DNA from: Orbicella franksi
Lineage: Eukaryota
Direction: 5' to 3'
Length of the DNA stretch: 64,000 nt
Assembly: GCA_964199315.1 (NCBI GenBank)
Contig: OZ116711.1
Span: forward strand, 19,778,001-19,842,000
Part shown: piece after piece, positions 50,134-61,300 of the stretch
Layout: every line of letters begins with the position of its first letter
Numbering within the stretch: position 1 is the first letter of the stretch
Program-made: the position numbers and the translations under genes
Notes under the pieces: generated by a model
What the model saw: only the letters and a program-made list of their open reading frames with translations
The model's database searches: none
What the model was told of the DNA's origin: nothing

Positions 50134-52110
50134 GGCTTTCAAGCTGCAAAGATAGTCAAATATAAAAGTAACTGGAAATAACTGGTAGCTAAGGGTTGAA
50201 TAAGGTAAAGTTTCGTACAAGTCTCGCCCATGTTTCCCATAACATAGAGCGAGAGCACGTATTTGCTACCCCCTCTCCCCCCTCGGGTGAAGACGGGTGA
50301 TTGACGATGTTTACACAGGGTAACCTGTATTGAACAGACATCCCCGAGACCCTCTCTTTTATCCGCTCTATTATAGAAGTGTCCCCTTAATACGGCTTCG
50401 TTTTATAGGAAATAAAGGAACGAAAACGTTTGGGACCTACTAAAAGTAGTGACCGCTTATATACAGGGTGTCCACTAAATACGGTTTCTGCTTAATACAG
50501 GTTTCCACTCTATTATATTTATTGTCGATATGAGATGTTGATTTACACAATTGAAAATATCATCCGCTTAACACGCTAAATCTTTTAAGCTAATGGACAT
50601 TACTTAACAGACTGTCTGAACAGCATTCGCGGCGTTAGTCAATACAGTGATAAAAACTGCGTGAACGGGAAAGAGTGTTAAATGTTTCGACTTTAAAATG
50701 GGCTATACTTGAACTTCAGAAGGTTTTAAACTTGTGTTTTTCTAATAGTTTTGTATTGTTTTGTAAACGTTTATGTTGTGTGACGTGTCTAAGGAACGAA
50801 TCGGTTGACTTTTTGACTCAAAATCTCGTAAGCTCGTGGGTTAAGAAAGTATTCCTTAGGGACGTGATGTTAACTTTTGAAAACCAACTTGCATTGAAAA
50901 TATCTTGCCGTAAGCCACGCGAATGCAAGGAACCGTGTCAATCGATAAAATTCTGTTATCCTTTCATTGAGTTATCGGCTTTCCAAGCTTGTGTCAAATT
51001 TTAAAGACGGCCCAATTGTTGTGTGTTTTTGCTGTTGTAGTAAAAGATTTGGCGTACAGCCACTCACGGTGCATATAAAATGAAATATAAAGGATAATTT
51101 TTTTCGGTCTCTTGCCTTCTTTCTCTATATCACAGCACGACACAATTGATATCTTTACCCAGGTCTCAAAATAGTGTAAACGGCAAAGTAAAGTCAACAA
51201 AACAATTACCTTAGAACAGTCTCTTGCTCTTTGTTATCGCGAAAAACTGTCACATTCCCTTGAGCATTTCTCTGCTAATTTGTAGTTTAAAAAACTCTTG
51301 ACAATTATTCATCAATCAAAAGCCCAAGAAGGAATTCCACCCGTTAGTTGGCTGGTAACGTTTGGAAAAATAAAAACAACAAGCTAACTCTTTCATTTTC
51401 AGTTGAAATACTGAGGTACTTGTTATGAAAGAAATATACAAAACAGTTGTTAACGATGATTGATAGAAACTTGTGTGGGTAACTGTCGGGTAACTGCCAG
51501 ATTCGTTGGGGTGATTACAGAAAAAGGAGCGCGCCAGGGAGAGACTGGTGCCAGAGGGAGTGAGTTCCTCCGCCCTAGTCCTTTGCGGCATCGCGCGCCA
51601 TTTCTAGTCGCTTTTCAAAATGGCTTGCGTTCTGTCGAGAGCATTAAGGTATACCTGCCAACCCGCTTTCGTTATGCGTGTGCCAGCAGGTCTAAAACGT
51701 CGCTTGACCAGTCTCTTGTGGACAAGCCTGACTCACAAAATTGAGCTAGTAAAACCCAAATGAACCATCGACTCACTCTGGGAAAGTGTAATATACTTAA
51801 CCAGCACATGATAGCCATTTTGTGAGTATGGAAGAGCTTAGTTAACAAGGACCTGAACCAGATTACACACTTACTTATTTCATTCCACGTTTAGTTTTTG
51901 TATTGCAGATAAAGGAAAAAACAATTTTTTTGCAGACACAGGGAATCGAACCAGGGAAACCCCCACTCAACGATCTACAACTTCATACCCTGATTTCCTT
52001 AAATCTATTTAATTCCCAAATCTGTTCTGTGTTTAATAATTGGTGCAATAAAATTGTTTTCTTCTACATACACGTTTAATTTTTTCTTCTTTTTTTTTTT
52101 TTTCAATTTA

Positions 52111-52489
52111 GGCCTCATCCACAATACGCCGGAAGAATTTGAAAACGCAGCTTTATTTCTTCGGTTAGGCCTACCGTCTTCACTAATCCGTCACGAAAAC
52201 GGAGCTTTTCGAAAACGCTTGTCAAACCGGAGGAATTTGAAAACACCGGCTTTGCGTTTTCGTGTGGACGGAAAACATTTTGAAAACGGAGCTTTTTCAA
52301 ATTGACGGCGTCACGATAATCACGTGATTTCCCTGACCGAGTTTTCCTCAAACACAAATCCGTCCAGAAAGACCAGTGATTGTTGCGTTTTAAAATTCCT
52401 CCGGCATAGTGTGGGCGGAAAACATTTGATGCGTTTTCAGCATGAAATTTCCGTTTTCAAATTCCTTGGACGTAGTGGTGGACAGGGCC
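52111..52489. mobile_element. MITE with TTA target-site duplication (PIF/Harbinger, Tourist-like)
   Basis: tta|ggcctcatccaca ... gtggacagggcc|tta. Same family as the 1056-1424 copy. Confidence 0.75.
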
Positions 52490-54239
52490 TTACATTCAAA
52501 TCTTTCCAAATAAGTTACAATCACCTTGTAATGTTATTTTCATGGATCGTGTTGTGATTTGCTGGCTGAAAACGCGTGCAAACAAATTCTGCCCCAAATA
52601 TGTCGCGAAGTTGTCAGCGATTGTTTTTAATTTGTAACCATATCCATGGCAAATCGTAGAATTTCCACAGCAAAGCTGTCCGTAAATGTGGAAATACTGT
52701 CTTGAATTCTTGAGAGATGAAGAGGTTTACACGTTCTCCGCTGCGTTCCAGCTAAAGGTGAGGTTTCCAGTTTTCTTTTCGAAAAGAAATCCTCTAGAAA
52801 GCTCAGAAAGCTCAAATTTATTAACCACGTGCGTTCCGCTTCGTCTCGAAATCGGAAGAGAAATTTCGCAAGAGCTTTATTTTGCCTTTCTTATGACTGA
52901 AACGAACGCTGATTTCGAGATTCTAACTATTGCACATCTAGAAAATCAAACAAATGACTTTCCAGAAAAAGTTTTACTCGCGCAAACACTGATTTATTTG
53001 CCAGGTTGCAGAAAGGATCGGCTGTTTGCAGGCTTGAGCAGTTTCAATTTCTCCTCATATAATTTGAAATATAAATCTTCAGGAAAGCTGACTTGCAGAG
53101 ATGGAAAGGACATTTAAGTATGCTGCAAAGAGGGCATTTGAAGTCACTTGATGAGGATCGAACAATCAAAGATAAGAATTTTGAATTTGCAAATAATTTT
53201 AGTAAAAATGGTAGCTGAGTTAAAGGGAGCGGTTTGCTAGCGGTTAAGATGGCAGATTTGTTGCTGAATTTGCTTCCTCGGGCGTGAAGAGGACATAAAA
53301 CAGTTACCGTAAATTTGTTAATATAAAGTAATAGTCGAAAGGTTCTGATTCTGATTGCAAGCAAACCTTGAGCGATCATGCAATTTTCGCCAGGTAGTAC
53401 TAATATTTTTATTTTCTCGCGACAACTTTGTTATCTCATATGTCAGAGCCGTAGTAGGGGAGGTTTAAGTCCCCCAACAAATTTTTCGGCTCCAATTAAA
53501 TTTTGCTACAAAAATGGTATTTTGTCACTAAAATGGACTGCAGTCAACAGAAGCTACAGCTTCAAAGCTCACACCGTCGATCATATACTGTGGTTCCTAT
53601 TTGCAACAATGGCTTTCTTCGCGAGGCCAAAATTAACATAACCTTTCCGAGTTTAATCTATTTCAACAATTCCTCGCATTCGACAACTCGAAAAAAATAC
53701 TTTGCCTGCTATAATCTTCCTCTTCATTTCGCGTTCTTTCATAGCCGGTTTGTCGACTTCCTCAAAATGGTATTTTCAAAAAATACTGTAGCCATATTAA
53801 TTCGCATTCAAAAGCCGCACGAAAGCGCGTCGAACACCCGGGTTAACAAGAATCAGCTCGCCAGGCAGTGATCATCTGGTAGCGAAAAACATCAACTACA
53901 CTTCCGCGTACCGAACACTTCATAATCTTAATTAATGGAGAGGTTTTCAGGGTGTGGTGGAAGACAGAAACATCCTTCTTTCCTCTAATCCTTTTTGAGA
54001 GCAAAAGTGCCATCCTTAGTAATCTCATTCCATGTTCAGCTTAGATTTAGCCCAGACAAGATGGTGCTTTTGTTGTGTGAAGCAAATCTCGAAAGAATTA
54101 AGGGGATCAGATCGCGTTAGATTCAACATGCCAGGAACCAGCATCATTTTAGGACTATGCTTGGAAAAAAACAGTAGTGAACAAAAAATATCTTTAAGTA
54201 AACACAAATTATGATAAACTTCAAGATTCTTAGAAACAG

Positions 54240-54960
54240 AATGGCACTGACGTCATTCAGTCAGTGACGCAAGCTCTCAGATGTGGTGGAACCCATGACC
54301 CTGCGTACGCGGCGCGGTCGATGTTCTACTACTTTCGGGAGCTTGACTTACTGACAAGAAGTACAAAATAGGTCGCCTTGGGGTAGCTCTTTGAATCGAT
54401 ATTTCCCATTCTACAAACTGCTCTTACATGTCTGATCTAGACTTTTAGCCACCAAGGAAAAAGGGAATTAAGGAAGAAAGTAAATAGATGTTAATTATGT
54501 GGCGTCGTTCCTGACTTAGACTATTGCGAACTAGCCGCCAAGGACACGCTAATTAAGAATTAACGTCACTTGTCGTTCAATCTTGTCGATGGCGAAAATG
54601 AATCAATTAAAACCGAAAGGGATTAATTAATGCTAATTATGATGTGACGTTGCAACTCATCTTGACTATTGCGAAACTGGCCGGAAGGAAACATTCTGGA
54701 AGTCCGTGATTGGCTACGAGCCAATGAGAAAACAAAATGTGTTTGGTCTTTATTATTACCACACGCACTATAATGGCTTCTTGACGTCATCTATCAAAAG
54801 AACGCAAGAGGGATTGGCTATCGGCAATGCTTTTGAGATGATTAATTTTCTAATGTAATTAGTAAGAAGCCAAAGGATAATTTTCATTGACGTACGAATG
54901 CTTTGATGAACTTCACTGTGTTTGGTTTATAAGCAAATGATGTGCTCTGGGTCATTAGGC
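54240..54960. promoter_or_regulatory. Promoter-like region upstream of the 310-aa ORF
   Basis: TGACGTCA at 54248-54255 and 54782-54789; opposed CCAAT boxes (gattgg 54708-54713, ccaat 54721-54725) and gattgg at 54812-54817; a duplicated module of about 60 bp at 54488-54547 and 54630-54692. Confidence 0.45.
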
Positions 54961-55005
54961 TTTGAGATCGTTCCTAGTTAGGAAAAACACCACAAACGAT
55001 ACGGC

Positions 55006-55938
55006 ATGTCGAAAGACAACGAATGGGTTCTCATAGACGAGAAGATTTACCGCTTACAAGGAGCCAAGCCAAAAGCGACGGGAAAACAGGGTCTGCCTGC
55101 TATCGGACCAAATTCAACTGGAGGAAAACAGCAAACCCCACCTTCCTCGGGCGCCGACAAACTTTTCCAAGAAAACGAATCTCGCATGGCCAAAGCAAAA
55201 CATACCCGGAGACGTCCTAAAGAATTGATCTCAATCGACAACGTGTCACTGGTTACTGCCCAACAGGTAAATAAAATTCCGTTTTGTCGCGCCAACTCAG
55301 CTCCTTTGCCAGTATTGTCGCCTAGCAGCATATCCACCTCTCGGATGACCTCCTCCCGGATGTCCCCCTCCTGGATGTCCCCTTTACCCAGAACACCGTA
55401 CTCAGCTCCAGCACAAATGCTGTCTTCTTTTCAATGGCCCTCTATCCCAGAACATCATGGACGTCCTGACTACAACAGCAACTTCGTTGACGTATCAGAC
55501 CCTGAACAGACAGAGTCAAGAATAAACACGGGGAAGCTTAACAGAAATACACGCGAGGAATTCTCGAAGACGGAGAACACAGGCCCTGACGAGTTACATG
55601 AACAACGCAAATGTAATTTTGAATCAAAAGTCGTCGATGAAGTGTTTGAGTTACCACCTATTCCCAGTTCACGGACGCACCAAGCGGTGAGCGGTTCACC
55701 ACAGAAGGTTGCTGGTCAAGACAAAATTCACATTGATAGTTTTAGGACCGAGGAGAGCTGGACCGAAAGCAGGCACGATATGAAAAACGGCATCGGACCC
55801 AGGTCCTTCTCGCCGAACTCGCTGGTGGCTCAGCTAGTTGCCAATAGTAAGAAGTTGACTTTGGACGACTCAATCGAAAGTCCAACATTACAACAACGAA
55901 AGAAACTCGCTCGGACCTCACAGAAAAAGTTCTTTTGA
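55006..55938 (+). CDS. Uncharacterised Ser/Pro-rich, probably disordered 310-aa protein, apparently single-exon
   Basis: 933-nt stop-free ORF in AT-rich surroundings, with no repeat hallmarks. It is preceded by CCAAT boxes, CRE motifs and a TATA-like tttataag at about 54927. No domain recognised. An in-phase acceptor at 54981 means it could instead be a terminal exon. Confidence 0.55.
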   Translation: MSKDNEWVLIDEKIYRLQGAKPKATGKQGLPAIGPNSTGGKQQTPPSSGADKLFQENESRMAKAKHTRRRPKELISIDNVSLVTAQQVNKIPFCRANSAPLPVLSPSSISTSRMTSSRMSPSWMSPLPRTPYSAPAQMLSSFQWPSIPEHHGRPDYNSNFVDVSDPEQTESRINTGKLNRNTREEFSKTENTGPDELHEQRKCNFESKVVDEVFELPPIPSSRTHQAVSGSPQKVAGQDKIHIDSFRTEESWTESRHDMKNGIGPRSFSPNSLVAQLVANSKKLTLDDSIESPTLQQRKKLARTSQKKFF

Positions 55939-58312
55939 ATAGAACCTCTCAAACTCATTAATAATTCCTTAAGTAGAAACAAAGGAAATCACTACCGTAA
56001 GATAACTGATCTTAATTAATTAGCAGATTTTTACGATTTTGTCTCTCTATTTTCTCCTTAGTTTTAGTTTCGATTGAAAAGATATATCAGACACGAAAGA
56101 CCGTGTTTGACTACAATTCCAAACACCTTCAAGTTAGTCGAAAAATGCTCCGCTTCTCGGAAATGTAGTCTTGTTTGATATATTAGTTCGAAAATGATGA
56201 CTACTACAAGGGTACTTTCCATTCAACCAAGAATTTTAGGGCTCTCGAAACGTCGGTAAATGGTAGGAAAATTTCCTTAATTAAAACGTTTTCCCAAAAT
56301 CCGAAAATTGTAAAATTTCCGAAAAGCGACTCATTTAACCGAAACTTCCGGAAAGGAAATCAAATAGAAAGAAAGTTCCCGGCGAGAAGATTTTCTCGAA
56401 TTCGTCACCGGGAATTTCCGATAAATTCAAAACGGAGTCTTTTCGAGTAGAGTGGAAAGCACCCATGCGTGCAGGTATATATTTCAAAGCAACGGATAGA
56501 CGAAGAATTCGTAACCAGGCTCTTTCAGTCTCCGTCATCCTGGATATAACCTGGTGATGAGATTCTAGAGTTGCTGAAGTTTAGGAGACTGGGGAGCAGT
56601 AACGTTCTCTAGTTGAGTAACGCTGCTGATTTTTTTTTAGCGAAGTGAGTTTTTTTTCTTCTTTTTAAATTGCACATGCATAGCTATCATGCGCCATTAC
56701 GGTCAACAGTCCTTTTTCAAATTTAAAAGTAGATTCGTTTGAAAGTGGACGAGGAGTGGTCATAGCTGTAAAATATGCGCACAAACGACGCAAAAAACAA
56801 CTTTTAAGATTAAAATAACGCCTCAAAGGAAAACAACTGTAAGAGTTGCGAGCTTTGAATTTTGCAGCCATATTGTATCAGTGTTTGGTTAATTGCGTTA
56901 AATCTGTTTCATTGCTTGCATCATAATAGTCCAGTGCTGGCCTCCTCTCTGTCACGCAACGCTACCCTCCCGAAGTCGTAGCGCTGCGTGACAGAGAGAG
57001 GGCCAGAATAGGGCTAGCATCATAATTGAAAAAAAAGTAAATAATTGTGTTCAAAGGGACAGCACCACTGAAGATTCATTATATATATGCACAACCCTAT
57101 GGAATCATGCCCCCTTATGTTTTGGACAATTACGACACTAAAAATACGGAGTAAAGAAACTGCCAGCGTATTTCTCTAGGTGTCCATATTTATTTTATTT
57201 TATCTTAAATAACACTCTCTCTTAACTTACAATCTTGTTCTTATCAAGGTCACGCTGTCACACATATTACAAATTCTACAATCAATTTAAAAACAATACA
57301 AAACGCAGGTAGCATAAGTTATAGAGCATTCGTAATGAATACACATCATTCGCAAACTTTGAAAAATGACCTTTCCGTCTTGATACTGAAGTAAATAGTT
57401 AAATGGATTATTCAAACTGTCACGGTATGCTAGTAACAGGATGGGCGGTTCCAGTCCCTCTCGAAATTATCTTGAGGCATGGGGAGAGGGTTTGGAACGG
57501 GTAAAGATTGGGGCGAGACAAAGAGCCTCTCGCTCCAGTCTCAGGCTCGCTCTCGCGGGGTTAAATTTCCCGGTTTTACCAAAACTGGGTAAATAACAGG
57601 ACAGCAGCCTATCCAAGAGAGACCGAGCTTCATGTGACAAGCTTCAGAAGACGAAAGAAACACTTTTCCTATTGTAATTATTCTCAACTGGACAAAAAAA
57701 GGCTAAACCATCGTTTAGTATTAGTATTAGGGTTATATTGCAATCAAAAACTAAAAAGGTTCGCAAACTCATTTCTCGGTTTTGCCGACTGATTTAAATT
57801 AAGTTTACATGTAAGAAAACGCTGTGCATAATTATACGAAGTTCCTTGTTATGTAGTTTAAATTTCGTGATTTAGCAAATATTTTACTGTTGCATTAATC
57901 TTAAATTAGAAAATCGTAATTAAAAAAGCAGACAAGAATCACCAAAACAAGCCTGGCCTAACCTCTTTGATAAGGCGTGACACTAGCGTAACACTTGTTT
58001 GGCTTCACACGACGTGACACTGGCGTGATCCAGCACGTTAACATGGTTTGACACTAATTTGATTAGAACATTACCTAGGTGTGACCTTAAGTGTGGCCTG
58101 GAACACTACTACAATGTAACAATTCAATAAATACAATTCTACATTCGCCTACTGTTCATCGCACGGAGCACCGCTCCTTGCCTTATTAAATCCTCAGTAT
58201 AAGAGAAAGAATGCCATCTCGGTCATGCGCACTCAACATTATTTCTTTGAGCCCGCACGCAGCAAAGGTGTTTTGAACAGTTTTCTGAGCATGCTCACAC
58301 GTGGCCCACTGG

Positions 58313-61300
58313 TTAACTGGCATAAACCGTTCCGTAAAGTCCTCGACACTGCAAGGAAAACTCTTTCACGGAGTCTTTGACTCGTCTGCGATGAGCCCTC
58401 GCCCTGTTCAATGAAACATCATTGTCAATGATTTCATCTCCTTAAACCACGCTCTTACTAGTAATTCCTTACTTGCAAAAAATTTCGGACGTTTACTAAA
58501 TTTTTTGCAAGTAATGTGCAACATCTCTAGCAAATAAGCCACTTCAAAGGAAGACTTTAAGATCCTTTTCGAAACTCTTATCTTTTCGTTTTCTCATTTA
58601 TTTAACCCATTTCTACCAAAATCTATAAGTTCCTTCTCCTTTGTTAATGCAATTTATAAAACATACTTGTGAACAATTTCATTACTAGAAAAGCATATCA
58701 TAAATGGGGGTCGGTTTTTTATTTAAAAGTTTTGCTAATGGACAACCCTGGCCCTAAGGGAGGTCTCTGCTTATGGGATATTCGTAGAATTTCAGGGTTT
58801 TCTGGTTAAATGCAAAAAAAGGAACTTCATACAAAACAATAATTTCATAGATCAGTTTTACTCTCACCTAAGCACAGCACTGGTGAATTGTTGTTTATGA
58901 GATAAGGTGACAAGGCTGGATGGAAACCCTTCTACTTGCATGACGTCCTGTCAACAGAAACACGCTTGTAAGAGGATGATATTATTACACAAAAAGCTAC
59001 TAGCTACTCCCCCTGTAAATCCGTCACAGGCTACTCTCCCCCACCCCCAGCATTTCGTTAGCTTGGCCAGACATTTGGCTAGTACCCATTTTAACACCTG
59101 GGTGGAGAGGGGCACTGTGAGGGTGAAGTGTCTTGCCCAACAACACAACACAATGACCCCAGTCAGACCCAGGCCTTTCTACACTTGGCCATTATTTCCC
59201 GTCACGCACCCAGAGGAGAAACGTTTGCGTGACGAGCCCAAGTCTTTCCACTCGTACGCGTACCTGCATCCAGCGTGACAATAGCGTCACGTTGTGTCTG
59301 TTTAACGCGAACAGAATCTCCGCCATGTAATCTGTACATTGACGAGGTACTCCACCGGCTATTCCCTGAACAAAAACATAAAGAATGTGATCAAAAAAAG
59401 AAATGAGAGAAAATGGAAAAAAAATGACTGAGAACAGATTATGGATCTCGGCTACCTCAATACCAAAACAAATACTTCGGGTGATTTTCGGTGTACAGAT
59501 CATACTCGGATTTCTTCGGGTCAACTTCGGAAATCTCTGATAGTCATCGGGTCGTTTCTGATGATCTTCTGAAGACCCCGAATTATCTTCGGCAACCATT
59601 TACTTTCTGGCAAAGCAACAACAATCATTGGAATCTACTTACCTTGACAACTTGACTAACAAGGTAAGGACCATACTCTGACAAGGTATTCTTCGCTGCT
59701 TCTTGGCTGTCACAAGCAGTAATGAACGTGGACTGGAAAAAAAAGTTGTAGTTTGCCATTTCAATTGCTGGTGAATATTTTGGGTCTTTATTTTCACAAC
59801 TATTGAGTTTAAAAAATAGATGTAGCTTTCTACTTTGCCGCAAGCTTGTGCTATTTCACGGACGTTTTTCATGTACAAAAAGTTACATTTACGAATGTAT
59901 TTATTTACGTAAAAAAGGTGAAAAAAAAAAATAAATACAGTTGTTTGCTTGTTTCTTTGCTTTTTCGTTCGCTCGTTTGTCCGTCCGTCCGTCCGCTCGT
60001 TCATTCGTTCGTTCGCTCTTTTCACGGACATTTGATGGCCTTTTGGTGACTTTTGGAAGGGATGGAATAAAGGAACTTTAAATGTTCAAATCATAAACAG
60101 TTGTAACGTTTAACCCTCGCTGTTTCTTTTTCTGCTACGTTACTTACAAAGAAAGTGCAGGCAGCTCTAACAGTGTGACTTTCTTGTACGTCAAGGACTG
60201 CTAGACCTGCCAAAACAAGTCAATTAGTTTAACCACCCATCAAACAATCAACTATAAGAAAAACGAACAAAAATAAGCAGTATGAATTTGATTTATTCCC
60301 TCCCTATCCTCGCTCCCACACCAAATTAGAGAGAATATTAAGGAAAAAGCAGTATTTCTCAAGGCAGGAAAGAGTTATTTGGGCTTTTCACAGAAAGTCA
60401 AGCGTGTGCAAATAAGCAAAAGAACACAAGTGCCAGGTGTGGAACAAATACATGTAACAAATGCCAAGCGCTGGAACACACTCAACGGGCGCGGGAAAAC
60501 ACACAACGAGTGCCAAGCGCGGGAAAATATGACAAATCTCAAGCGCGGGAAAAATTCAACGCTTTTGACTGACCGATTAGTCAGCATTTATTCAACACGA
60601 GAAAACAACAAATGCAGTTCACAGAGTAGGTTGTGGTGGTGACTAGAAATGTTCTCTGATAGTTCCTTACCGCATTGAAATATGCTGACGTGATGGCTTT
60701 CTCCATCAAATAACAGTTTAGGGTTACTTTTTAGGCCCTGTAAAACAAATGTTGCTGTTACTAAATAGCTCCGCAAAAAGAGCAATCTCAGGAAACTGTT
60801 GTTTTGAGGCTTTTGTCGATTCAACGGAAATTTAGCATCAAGAATGTAAGCCAGAGAAGCGGCCATCCCGATCTCTACTCTTCTTCCAAATCTTCTGAGA
60901 AATATTTAATGGCAAGAACTGTTCAAAATCAAGGTGGCGGGAGTAGTGGGGGAGAGCTGGAAGGATAAGTTAAGCGAGCTAAAGTGGAGGTTCCCGCGAG
61001 TGATTCCTCGAGCATGAAAGCTTTACACGCGTGATAACGTCATTGGGTGCGTGCGTGCGTGTGTACGTGTCAGTCCCAAGGTTCCTCTAGAGTTAGGCAC
61101 TAACCAGAAAGCCTATTGTAGTCGTATTTACATTTTAGTTTCTTGACGCTTACCCTACTAACAAACTGCATGAACGACTGAAGAATGTCTGGATAATCAC
61201 GCAAGTCTGTTGGACAAAAATAAAAATAAACAAAAATTAGTAAAGAACGAGTATCTGATCAGCAAAGGAACTGGTTTGAAATGCCGCACATCTCATATAA

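Noticed and set aside
51941-51952. gggaatcgaacc, the reverse complement of a tRNA T-loop/B box
   Set aside because: No cloverleaf or A box around it. At most a SINE or tRNA remnant.
52686-53117. 143-aa ORF with GTG start
   Set aside because: No ATG, no recognisable domain, and no consistent upstream exon.
51620-53218. Possible gene MACVLSRALR|KADLQRWKGHLSMLQRG... (exons 51620-51648 and 53083-53218)
   Set aside because: Good Kozak/YY1-like context and compatible phases, but the donor (GTATAC) is weak, there is no recognisable homology, and it overlaps another equally speculative model.
59192-59599. 135-aa minus-strand ORF as a standalone gene
   Set aside because: Only 59264-59365 is an IPO13 exon; the flanks are intronic.
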